Below, one piece after another: positions 11,956 through 23,400 of a stretch of DNA of 64,000 bases. Where the stretch lies: positions 1,922,001 through 1,986,000 of the forward strand of contig MU008159.1 in assembly GCA_010909165.1 (NCBI GenBank). The letters are read 5' to 3'. The notes beneath the pieces were generated by a model. It had not been told where the DNA came from, did no database searches, and was given only the letters and a program-made list of their open reading frames with translations. The position numbers were made by a program, and so were the translations under genes. Numbering within the stretch: the first letter of the stretch is position 1; every line of letters begins with the position of its first letter. The DNA comes from Anthoceros angustus (lineage: Eukaryota; Plantae; Anthocerotophyta).

Positions 11956-13199
11956 CTGCAAAGCCAAAAAAGAATTAGAGTGGACAAGGAACACAACCAT
12001 CCTAAAGGAGAACTTCACAAACAAAATCAAAACCAAAAAAACACTTACGTGGTGTTCGAACTTCCAAAACGAACTTCCTCAAGGGTCTAACAGATGATTA
12101 TAAAACAATCCAAGACAAAGAGAGGGGTGTGGGGGACATGGCACAGAACATTCATTGAATCTACACATTGTTAAATTTAGTGATCCTTTCCACTTTATGT
12201 TAGTGAGAGAAGAGCACTCCTTTCCCAAAAATACCCACATACTTCCTGTAATTAGACCTATTTGCCAAATAATAAGAAACACAAAAAAACTGTTAGCCCC
12301 AGCAGACAAACAGCACCACAGACAACATCGAACATTCAATCGTGACTAATCAAGCAAGAAGAGGTTATCCTGATTCACAGACAGACCAGAATCAGAACGT
12401 TGGCAGGCCAACCCTTCACACGATGAACAGTGAAGCCTACACACAAAAATTTCAGAATTAAATAACTTATAAGTGGTACCAAAGCAAACTCTTACCACAG
12501 CAGCAACCAAACAATGACGAAAATGACAAAGACCATCAGGTCAATACATACAGTAATCATACCATATCAAGGATAACACCATAAACAAAACTTCAACCGT
12601 CCAGACCAAAGCTTGTCCAGAAGAAAGCTTGTCTGCACCAAGGCGAAAACCAATAAGAAAGAAAGCACGTTTTGCAGACTGACAAAACAAACAAACGATA
12701 CAGAATTATAACAGGTCGCTGTCATGCAGCAGGCTGAAAAAGTAAACCACAGGACAAATGTAAACTCAAGTCACAGTTTGCACAGACTGTTAACCAACAC
12801 TCTCTTACATTAAAAAATCTTGCGGCCAATTACTTCCTGCGTCTCAGACAAGAATACAAAACAATTAAAAAATGCTGCTCAACATAAAGAACAATGCAAG
12901 GTACTGAAAACAAGATAACTGATAGCATTTTTCATTAGCAACATATGCGTAAAGCCAGAGTAACAAAATGACACAAAAGACGTTTCCTGACGTACCAAAC
13001 AAGGTCCCAAACTGTGTCCGCCACTACATTTGAAACCTTGTATTAGGGAACGGACGCTCGAAGGGGCGTCACGGCCGAGAACGGTCGAGGCCGTTAGGCG
13101 AGACCGTTCTCGCGCCCGATGGCGTTGGTTCCCCGGCCGGCGGTAGAGGCGCCAGCGCCTACCACTCGACTTGAGGCCAAGGCGGTGGCCAGTATCTTG

Positions 13200-15028
13200 C
13201 TTTTAGAATTGTTGCCTTGTGCAACCACTTTAAAAGTCTTTTTCTCTCTCTTTCCAGTTTTCACTTTCGCGGAGTTTTCACTTTCACTTTGTTCGTTTGC
13301 CTTTTCAGTTTTGGGTTTATCTTTCTAACTTTCTTCTTGGCGTTGAAGGGGTGTACACCGCGATTTCGGATGCTCATCTTGAGAATAATACTTCTTTCTT
13401 TGTTCATTATACGGTCCGGATAGAAAGTTAATCATTTGAAAATTTCGTCAAGCAGGAATATTTGCGAGGCAATGGTAAATGTAGATATCGTACATATTAA
13501 ATTTCACCTGTAAATATGATATACTAACCTCAAATAGTGCAAACAACTCCTTTTGATTCTTGATAACTACAAACAAAAAAGCGGTTAATATTTTACCTCC
13601 ATTTCAAGTCGAAGAAGATCTTGCTCGGTAAATACCTTTCTCACTAATGTGAGGCAATGGCTGTGAAGATTTCCCACACTACGGAAATGTGATTGGACGT
13701 TCTGCAAAGAGTATCAATGTTAGAATTTGCATATTTGGTAAATACGAATATTAATATTTTCCTTGTTTACATACAGAAATTGTTACAGAACTAACCTTTT
13801 GAATGTTTTTTGTAGTTTGGATCTTCCATCAGAGTCAACAAGTCGTGGTTTTAGCTCCTTATTTTCAATGGCTCGATATTTCTACATTACCAAAACACAA
13901 ATTTCATTAGTACTACATAAACCGATTCAAATAAACTATACTAAAACAATATAAACCGATAACACTTACTTTTGGATCTCCATGTCTTGCTCTAGGGTTG
14001 TCGACCCATCTTCATTGCGGTGCTGGATCTTTGAGGCTATGTTCCCAAATGGGAACATATCTATTTTAAAATCTTGGAAGACTTGTGGATAAAGTTATCC
14101 ATCCATTTTCCAAAATCGGCAAATTCTTCGATGGTCCATACGTTGGTGCATTATCTTGACTCGTCTTTTTCCTCTTTTGTCCTTTGAAAAAGCAGTGTTA
14201 TAAGTTATATACTACTTACAAATATACTAATTATTAATTACAAACATACAATAGCAATTACGATGAGAGATACATGTTGTTGATTTTGTCATCCATTGCT
14301 TCAATTTTCTCCTTAATTTCCTTAGTGCAGCAACTTGTTGTTGATTTTGTCCATTGCTTCAATTTTCTCCTTAATTTCCTTAGCTGCAGCAACTTGTTGA
14401 CACTGTAAACAAAGACATTAGTATTTATTACTGTAAACAAATACATATAATCTGAGTGTTAGTTGTTTACCTCCAAAATCGGAATTGAGATCATGTCCAT
14501 TAAACCTCCGGACCCGAGTCATTGTTTCCAACTCTAATTGAGTTGTTGAGATTCTTCTTAATATCCTGTAACCATATACAACTAAAGTGAGTTGCGAACC
14601 AAGTCTTTACCTTTTTAATTTTTTCCAATTGGCGGGCACGCAAAGGGCTGCAAGTCCTTTTGTCCATTGATGTGAACATAGTGTGCTCGTTAATCTTGTA
14701 TCAAAGATATCGAGTTAGAAATGTTCACGGAGATTCAATTATTAATTGAAATGTATTACCTTTCTCAACTATCTTCGTATCTCAATGAGAGGATTTGAAC
14801 TTCAGCCTGTCATCATATCCTGGATCCCCATGGGTGGGAACATTGTTGTTTGATCGCCAGCTGTTAAGGTTTGTTGGGTCTTTACTATTGTCTTCACTTT
14901 CTGGAAAAATAGTCATTTCAGCCATGAATTCATCAACCAGAAAATGGATTTGGCGACTGTAGGCAGAAATGATCATTACCTTCTTGGATGTCGACCATTT
15001 CATCGTTGCTCTCATTCTCGGATGCCAT
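13200..15028 (-). CDS. Multi-exon gene of unknown function divergent from the YR gene (frameshifted as assembled)
   Basis: ttgcag|aATG at 15028 (MASENESNDEMVDIQEG). GT..AG-bounded exons ~15028-14760, ~14695-14611, 14565-14471, 14402-14274, 14181-13970, 13881-13796, 13701-13636 and more, with AT-rich introns of 45-95 nt. Charged peptides e.g. CQQVAAAKEIKEKIEAMDKINN, GQKRKKTSQDNAPT. First exons recur at 17810-18195. Confidence 0.55.
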
Positions 15029-18000
15029 TCTGCAATAAAAGCAACGGTCAGGCCAATGAATAACTTGAACTTTTGAAAAATGCACGGTGCTTGCGGCTCT
15101 TGCGCATTTATGCACAGTGCGGCATGTTGCATGCCGCGTACTTTCAGCTGATAAAATATACTACGGCAACACAAAGGCCGGATATGACTTACGCTCAAGC
15201 TGGTTTTGCATGCGTCTCGTTAAGATATTCGACATGCAATTTCGACCCAGCGAATAGTTAGGAAAAACCGGTTAGAAATAAAATATGTTTATGGACTTTT
15301 GAACCGTGAGTGATCCAATATCAAAGCTGCAGCGATGCATGCCACCGCTTAACGGCATGTTGCGGCATGCCTATAAATACTCGGCAGTTGACTCGACAAG
15401 TTGTTATCACGGATCCCCATGGGTGGGAACATTGTTGTTTGATCGCGTTAAGGTTTGTTGGGTCTTTACTATTGTCTTCGCTACGGAAAATAGTCATTTT
15501 AGCCATGGATTCATCAACAAAATGGATTTGGTATGGCGAAATGATCATTACCTTCTTGGATGTCGACCATTTCATCGTTGCTCTCATTCTCGGATGCCAT
15601 TACGCAATAAAAGCAGTCGGGCCAATGAATAACTTGAACTTTTGAAAAATGCACGGTGCTTGCGGCTCTTGCGCATTTATGCACAGTGCGGCATGTTGCA
15701 TGCCGCGTACTTTCAGCTGATAAAATATACTACGGCAACACAAAGGCCGGATATGACTTACGCTCAAGCTGGTTTTGCATGCGTCTCGTTAAGATATTCG
15801 ACATGCAATTTCGACCCAGCGAATAGTTAGGAAAAACCGGTTAGAAATAAAATATGTTTATGGACTTTTGAACCGTGAGTGATCCAATATCAAAGCTGCA
15901 GCGATGCATGCCACCGCTTAACGGCATGTTGCGGCATGCCTATAAATACTCGGCAGTTGACTCGACAAGTTGTTATCACGGATCCCCATGGGTGGGAACA
16001 TTGTTGTTTGATCGCGTTAAGGTTTGTTGGGTCTTTACTATTGTCTTCACTTTACGGAAAATAGTCATTTTAGCCATGGATTCATCAACAAAATGGATTT
16101 GGTATGGCGAAATGATCATTACCTTCTTGGATGTCGACCATTTCATCGTTGCTCTCATTCTCGGATGCCATTCAATAAAAGCATCGAGCCAATGAATAAC
16201 TTGAACTTTTGAAAAATGCAGTGCTTGCGACTCTTCATGCGGCATGTTGCGGCATGTTGCGGCATGTTGTGCATGCGCGTACTTTCAGCTGATAAAATAT
16301 ACTACGGCAACACAAAAGGTGGATATGACTTACGCTCAAGCGGCAGCGCGTCTCGTTAAGATATTACGGACATGCAATTTCACTTCCAGCGAATAGTTAG
16401 GAAAAACCGGTTAGAAATAAAATATGTTTATGGACTTTTGAACTTCGGTGATCCAATATCAAGAAAGCTGCGAGCGATGCATGCCACCGCTTAACGGCGC
16501 ATGTTAAGCATGCCTATAAATACTCATAAAGTTGACTCGACAAGTTGTTGTCACGCAGATGCGATGTTGACTCAAACATTGCTGAATGACCACGCGACTC
16601 TAGCTACATTTTGAACACGAGGTTTAAGACAATGCCTAAGGAAAGGATTTCATTTGCATGCGCGACCTCTATAGGTTGAGGCAGAGCGTTAGGCTGCGAT
16701 CTCTTGCATGCATGTGCTGCCTGCGGCGTCAGTCACTCTTGAGCGGGTTACGTCCGGATTGATTAAGCGAGATTAAGCGAGAATAAAGAGGCAGTTAAGC
16801 GAGAAGCGTCAAGCGGATCGGAGAACTATCGAAGACTTGTTAGCGTTTCTTGGTCGTGAGCGCGACTTTTGAAAGCGAGCAGCGTAGAAAGATAAGTTCG
16901 CTACATGGGCTTATTACGTTCGATGTCTTCTTCGTTGGACTCGTAGCGGTCTCGAGGTTTTCTGCGCAACATTCAAGGTAAGAAAGCGGTTTTGCAAGCA
17001 AACTTACAGCGATAACGGCTATTCAGCAAAGGCGGAGGCAAGAGTGCGCGAGACGGGTGTTAGCGAGGCCGCAACAAAGAATAAAAGACGCGACACGACG
17101 TAAGAGTGTTTGACGTCGTACCAGGAGGCGAGACCTCTTGTTGTCTCCTTGGCGGTGGCGGGCTTAGCGGGGGCCGGTGAGTGGAAAGCCGTCGGCGGGA
17201 AAATCTGCACACTAAGTTCTTGCACGGAGCCCAACTCTTCGCCAAGTTCGGAACCTTCGCGTTGTGGTATCCTGCGGTGAGTCAACAAAAGCGAGCATAG
17301 GCACAAAGGCAAAGGCGACAAACAATTTCAAAGGCAAAACAAACTCACGGCGGTAGTTTCTCACCTTCTTGCAATCGCACGTCTTACGCGCGTGCTCTTC
17401 ACCTCGAGGGCCACGATGATGAGGTATGGCACGTCGCAGAACCAAGGCGGAGGAAGCCAAGCGGTGGGCGGTGTTTGATCGAGGCGGGCGTTCGGGCTCG
17501 GGAGGCAAAACTTCGCTATTCACTGAAGAAAGGCGCTGGCGGCGTGGTGGCGTAGGCGTTCATAGGTGGCGGCCTTGCTGCGAGGTGAGCAAGGGCGTAG
17601 ATAAGAGAAAAAGGCACAGCCGTGGTGGGCGGTAGGCGAGGTAGGAGCGGAACCCGGCGGCTGGCGGGCGATGGAACCAGCGTAAGAGGCAGGCGGGGGC
17701 GAGAGTGACACGGCGGCGTGCTAGGGCGTGAAGAGCCCTAGCGTGGTGGGCGGTGAAAGTGAGTTGCGATCGTTGTATATCCCTGAAAAGTTGCGAACCA
17801 AGTCTTTACCTTTTAATTTTTTCCGGCACGGCAAAGGAGCAAGTCCTTTTGTCCATTGATGTGAACATAGTGTGCTCCGTTAGCATCTGTATCAAAGATA
17901 TCGAGTTAGAAATGTTCACGGAGATTCAATTGCTTAATTGAAATGTATTACCTTTCTCAACTATCTTCGTATCTCAATGAGAGGATTTCAACTTCACTGT

Positions 18001-19850
18001 CATCATATCCTCGGATCCCCATGGGTGGGAACATTGTTGTTTGATCGCCAAATTAAGGTTTGTTGGGTCTTTACTATTGTCTTCACTTTGAAAATCAAAT
18101 GAATTCATCAACGGAAAATGGATTTGGCGTAAATGATCATTACCTTCTTGGATGTCGACCATTTCATCGCTTGCTCTCATTCTCGGATGCCATTCTCGCA
18201 ATAAAAGCAGCCAATGAATAACTTGAACTTTTGAAAAATGCACGGGTTTGCGATCCTGCAGGCAGTTATTCGTGCATGTTCTGCATGCCGCATTTCAGCT
18301 GATAAAATATACGGCAACACAAAGACTGGATATGACTTACGCTCAAACTGGTTTTCGCATGCGTCTCCGTTAAGATATTCTGGACATGCAATTTCAGCTT
18401 CCAACGAATAGTTAGGAAAAACCCGGTTAGAAATAAAATATGTTTATGGACTTTTGAACTTCGTCAGAGTGATCCAATATCAAGAAAGCTGCGACGCCGA
18501 TGCATGCCACCGCTTAACGGCGCATGTTGCGGCATGCCTATAAATACCTCGGCATAAAGTTGACTCTGACAAGTTGTTGTCACGGACGCGATGTTGACTC
18601 TGAAACATTGCTGAATGACCAATGCTGACTCTAGCTACATTTTGAACCTGAGGTTTAAAGACAACTGTATGCCTAAGGAAAGGATTTCATTTGCATGCAT
18701 GCGACCTCTATAGGTTGAGAAAAGGCCGCATGCCTCATGCATTTGCACGCGGAGTCACTCATCGAACGGGTTACGCCCCGGACGATTAACCGAGATTAAG
18801 CGATTAAGCGAGAATAAAGAGGCAGTTAAGCGAGTATAAGCGTCAAGCGGATCGAGAACTATCGAAGACTTGTTAGCGATCGTCGTAGCGTGGCGACTTT
18901 TGAAAACGGAAACGAAACTGTAGAAAGATAAGTTCGCTACCTGTAGGCTTGTTACCGTTCCCGATGTCTTCTTGCAGCGCTGGACTCTGAAGGGGCTGTG
19001 TGCAGAGGTGTCTCTGAGATTTTCTGCAGCAACATTCAAGGTAAGAAAGACAGTTTTTGCAAGCAAACTTACAGCAACGATAACAGGCTATTCACGAGCA
19101 AAGACTGGAGGCAAGAGTGCGCGAGACAGCCGGGTGTTAGCGAGGCCGCAACAAAAGAATAAAAGACGCGACACGACGTAAGAGTGTTTGACGTCGTACC
19201 CACGGAGGACGCCAAGGCGAGACCTCTTGTTGTCTCCTTGGCGGTGGCAGGAGCTAGGCTTAAGCAGGACCGGTGAGTGGAAACCGAAGCCCGTCGAGCG
19301 GGAAAATCTGCGGCACACTAAGTTCCTGCACGGAGCCCAACTCTTCTGCCAAGTTCCGGAACCTTCGCGTTGTGAGGTATCCCTGCGGTAAACAGTCAAC
19401 AAAACATGAGCATAGGCACAAAGACGACAAACAATTTCAAAGGCAAAACAAACTCACGGCGGTAGTTTTCTCACCTTCTTGCTAATCGCCGTCAGAACGT
19501 GCTCTTCACCTCGAGGTTAGCCACCAATGATGATGAGGTAAGAGTCACTGAACCAAGGAAGCCAAGCAGTCGGGCGGTGTTTGATCCGAGGTGACGCTCG
19601 GGCTGAAGGCACAAAGGCAAAACTCGCTATTCACTGAAGAAAGCGGCTGGCGGCGTGGTGGGCGTAGGGCGTTCATAGGTGAAGAGGGCCTTCTGCGAGG
19701 TGAGCAATGGACGAGATAAGAGAAAAGGAGGCTGCCCGTGGTGCGGTAGGCGAGGTAACCGCACTGGGGACGATGGAACACGCGAAGAGGAAAGAGGGGT
19801 CAGAGGGCGAGAGTGACACTGGCGGCGTGCTAGGGAAGGTGGCGGGAGCA
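14585..19850. repeat. Larger direct duplication: ~14585-17755 repeated (without the 569-bp expansion) at ~17755-19850
   Basis: aaagtgagttgcga at 14584 and 17756; 16560-17720 matches 18590-19835. Confidence 0.8.
14822..16555. repeat. 569-bp tandem repeat x3 covering exon 1 and 5' leader of the accessory gene
   Basis: Units start at ggatccccatgggtgggaac (14822, 15411, 15980); identical ORFs 15073..15261 and 15642..15830 are offset by 569. Confidence 0.9.
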
Positions 19851-19884
19851 AACGTGGTGTGCAAAGTTCCGAGGCGTGAGTGCT

Positions 19885-20202
19885 CCTTAAATAGACTTGA
19901 ATTAGGGTTCCAGATGCTTCGAAGAGCCTGTGTGCGTGGCAGGTGTTCATTGGCCAGCAGGTTCGTTTTACGCCCTGCCGTTAAGAGGTTCGGAAACAAG
20001 GTTAGGTGTTGCATGGCTAGGTTTGGAACAAGGTGACTAGGTTCGGTTGAGGAGGGCGCCGGCGGCCAACGAATGGCGATCCTAGGTTGGTTTGGTGTCC
20101 GGCTCGGTAGGGTAGGTTTGGTATTTTCAAATCTGGTTCGGTAGAGAGAGAGTGGCGGCGCCGACAGAGTGAGAAGGGTTAGGGTTTGGTGGCCTATATA
20201 AA
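19885..20202. promoter_or_regulatory. Candidate divergent promoter pair of the YR element
   Basis: + strand: TAGGGTTT telo-box (20180-20187) 8 nt before TATATAAA (20195-20202), duplicated at 20676-20698. - strand: telo-box-like GAACCCTA (19903-19910) before CTATTTAA (19887-19894). The + module is conserved in inverted copy C (TTTATATA 33255-33262, AAACCCTA 33270-33277). Confidence 0.55.
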
Positions 20203-20499
20203 CGGGTTCACGGACATCTTTGGTCTTTTTGCTGGTGCGTTTTCGGGGGCCGGGGACCTTCCAGCTGCGTCTTTACTCCCTCGCTTCCGGCTGCGTCTCT
20301 CTGCATCTCCGCTCCCTCTACTCCCCTCTTTTCTCTATGTCCCTACGCACACGGCATTTCACGTCCGATTTCCAAGGTTGTTTTACAGTTTCAAGTTTCA
20401 TTCAGTCTGGCTTTTGTCCGAGGGCCAAGGCGTTTGGTTTCTCACTTGTTGCGGTCCAGGCCAAGGTGTCTTTCTCTGCGATGCTTTGTAAGGTCCAAC

Positions 20500-23400
20500 T
20501 CCTAGCACTCCCTTTTTAGTTCCTTAGCGCTTCTTGTCTTTGTTTTTCTTTGTGTGTTGCATCATGTGGGTGATTCTTCGTCTTGTTAGCTTGAGACGTC
20601 TTCTATAGTTGGTGTCCGGCTCGGTAGGGTAGGTTTGGTATTTTCTGGTTGAGAGAGTGGCGGCGTGGTGAGAGTTAGGGTTTGGTGGCCTATATAAAGC
20701 GGGTTCACGGACTCTTTGGTCTTTTCTGTTTTGGGGCCGGGACCTTCCATGCGTCTTTACTCCCTCTTCAGCTGCGTCTCTCCTCCCTCTACTCCCTCTT
20801 TCTCTATGTCCCTCGCACACGTTTCCGTCCGATTTCCAAGGTTGTTTCTGATTTCAAGTTTCATTGATCGGCTTTTGTCCAGGCCAAGGCGTTTGGTTTC
20901 TCACTTGTTGTTGCGGTCCAGGCCAAGGTGCCTTGTCGTTGTTCCTTAGCGCTTCTTGTAAAGCCCGCTCTAATCCCTGTTTTTAGTTCCTTAGCGCTTC
21001 TTGTCTTTAATGCGTTCTTTTCCGCCTCTTGTGGTGTTGCATCATGTAGGGTGATTTTCGTCTTGTTAGCTTGCGGTCTTCTAGTTGGTCGAGTCCTTTC
21101 AAGGTTTTTGTTGATGTGCTTCACGGCCGAGGAGTTGGTTTCGTTGTTCCTTTGTGGTGTCTTTTTATGTTTCGCTTTATGCTTTCGTCCGAAGGCCAAG
21201 GTCTTCTTTGTTTTGTTTCTTTCATTGTTGTTTTGTTCGAGGGCCAAGGTTTTTGTTTTGTTTTTGTCGGCCAAGGTGTCTTATCGTCACCCGTCATGCG
21301 TTTGACTATAATTGTTTTCACTTTTCGTTGTTCTCACTTGCCTCCCCTTGTTATCTGCGTTGCTTCGTTCTTTGTGTGCTTACATGTCTGTTTCTCTTGT
21401 GTTCCCATCTTTCTCTTGTTGGCTTATGTTTTGTAGCTCATCATCACTTCACGTTGTCTTGTGTGAGTCTTTGTTTTGTGCGCTTTGTGTTGTTGTTGTT
21501 TTGTGGCGATCTTGAGCTTGTTTCTTGTGGTATTTGGCCTCACATGTTAATGTGTTTTTGCTTATTCGTTGTCGTCGTTATCTTACGTTCAAGGCCTTTC
21601 CATTGTCTTGATTGTGTAATATCTTGTTGCTTTTGTCTTGTGTTTTCATCTCTGTTTTGATTTTCTCTATATGCTATGTTTTAAATGGATCATGTTGTTT
21701 TTCGCTTGGTGTTTATCTTGTCTAGCTCCGTTTCATTGATCGGCTTTTGTCCAGGCCAAGGCGTTTGGTTTCTCACTTGTTGTTGCGGTCCAGGCCAAGG
21801 TGCTTTGCTCTAGGCGCTTCTTGTAAAGCCCGCTCTAATCCCTGTTTTTAGTTCCTTAGCGCTTCTTGTCTTTAATGCGTTCTTTTCCGCCTCTTGTGGT
21901 GTTGCATCATGTAGGGTGATTTTCGTCTTGTTAGCTTGCGGTCTTCTAGTTGGTCGAGTCCTTTCAAGGTTTTTGTTGATGTGCTTTTCGGCCGAGGAGT
22001 TGGTTTCGTTGTTCCTTTGTGGTGTCTTTTTATGTTTCGCTTTATGCTTTCGTCCGAAGGCCAAGGTCTTCTTTGTTTTTGTTTCTTTCATTGTTGTTTT
22101 GTTCGAGGCCAAGGTTTTTGCTTTTTGTTTTTGTCGGCCAAGGTGTCTTATCGTCACCCGTCATGCGTTTGACTATAATTGTTTTTCACTTTTCGTTGTT
22201 CTCACTTGCCTCCCCTTGTTATCTGCGTTGCTTCGTTCTTTGTGTGCTTACATGTCTGTTTCTCTTGTGTTCCCATCTTTCTCTTGTTGGCTTATGTTTT
22301 TGTAGCTCATCATCACTTCACGTTGTCTTGTGTGAGTCTTTGTTTTTGTGCGCTTTGTGTTGTTGTTGTTTTGTGGCGATCTTGAGCTTGTTCTTGTGGT
22401 ATTTGGCCTCACATGTTAATGTGTTTTTGCTTATTCGTTGTTCTTGTTATCTTGTTCAAGGCCTTTCCATTGTCTTGATTGTGTAATATCTTGTTGCTTT
22501 TGTCTTGTGTTTTCATCTCTGTTTTGATTTTCTCTATATGCTATGTTTTAAATGGATCATGTTGTTTTTCGCTTGGTGTTTATCTTGTCTAGCTCCGTTT
22601 CATTGATCGGCTTTTGTCCAGGCCAAGGCGTTTGGTTTCTCACTTGTTGTTGCGGTCCAGGCCAAGGTGTCTTTTCTTTGTCAGGCGCTTCTTGTAAAGC
22701 CCGCTCTAATCCCTGTTTTTAGTTCCTTAGCGCTTCTTGTCTTTAATGCGTTCTTTTCCGCCTCTTGTGGTGTTTGCATCATGTAGGGTGATTTTCGTCT
22801 TGTTAGCTTGCGGTCTTCTAGTTGGTCGAGTCCTTTCAAGGTTTTTGTTGATGTGCTTTTCGGCCGAGGAGTTGGTTTCGTTGTTCTGTTCCTTGGTGTC
22901 TTTCCTTATGTTTCGCTTTATGCTTTTCGCCAAGGTCTTCTTTGTGTTTTCAAGGTTTCTTTCATTGTTGTTTTGTTTTGGGGCCAAGGTTTTTGTTTGT
23001 TCTTCTTTGTGTTTTCAAGGTTTTTGTTTTTCTTTGTCATCGTTTATAATTGTTTTTCACTGTTTTGTTCTCACTTGCCTCCCCTTGTTATCTGCGCACT
23101 TTTCTTTGTGTGCTTGTCTTTATCATTTTCTCGCGTGTTTTCATCTTTCTCTTACATTGGTTTATGTTTTGTTTTCATCATCACTTCCACGTTGTCTTGT
23201 GTTTTCAAGGTTTTTGTTGCGCTTTGTGTGAACATGTTGTTTTTGTGATCTTGACCCGATTCTTGTTTTTGTGGTATTTGGCCTCATGTTAATGTGTTTT
23301 GCTTATTCGTTGTCGTCGTTATCTTACGTTCAAGGCCTTTGCGTGAAGTCTGATAGCCAGTGTAATATCTTGTCGTCTCTTTTTTTGTCTTTGTTTTTCT

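Larger units (their letters stand above)
8990..13040 (-). mobile_element. Crypton-like tyrosine-recombinase element, copy A (YR gene plus ~1.1 kb of upstream leader; truncated at ~13040)
   Basis: Reverse-complement homolog of 27480-30135; 12665-13040 is homologous to 31590-31930; abrupt switch to unrelated GC-rich sequence at ~13045. Confidence 0.75.
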
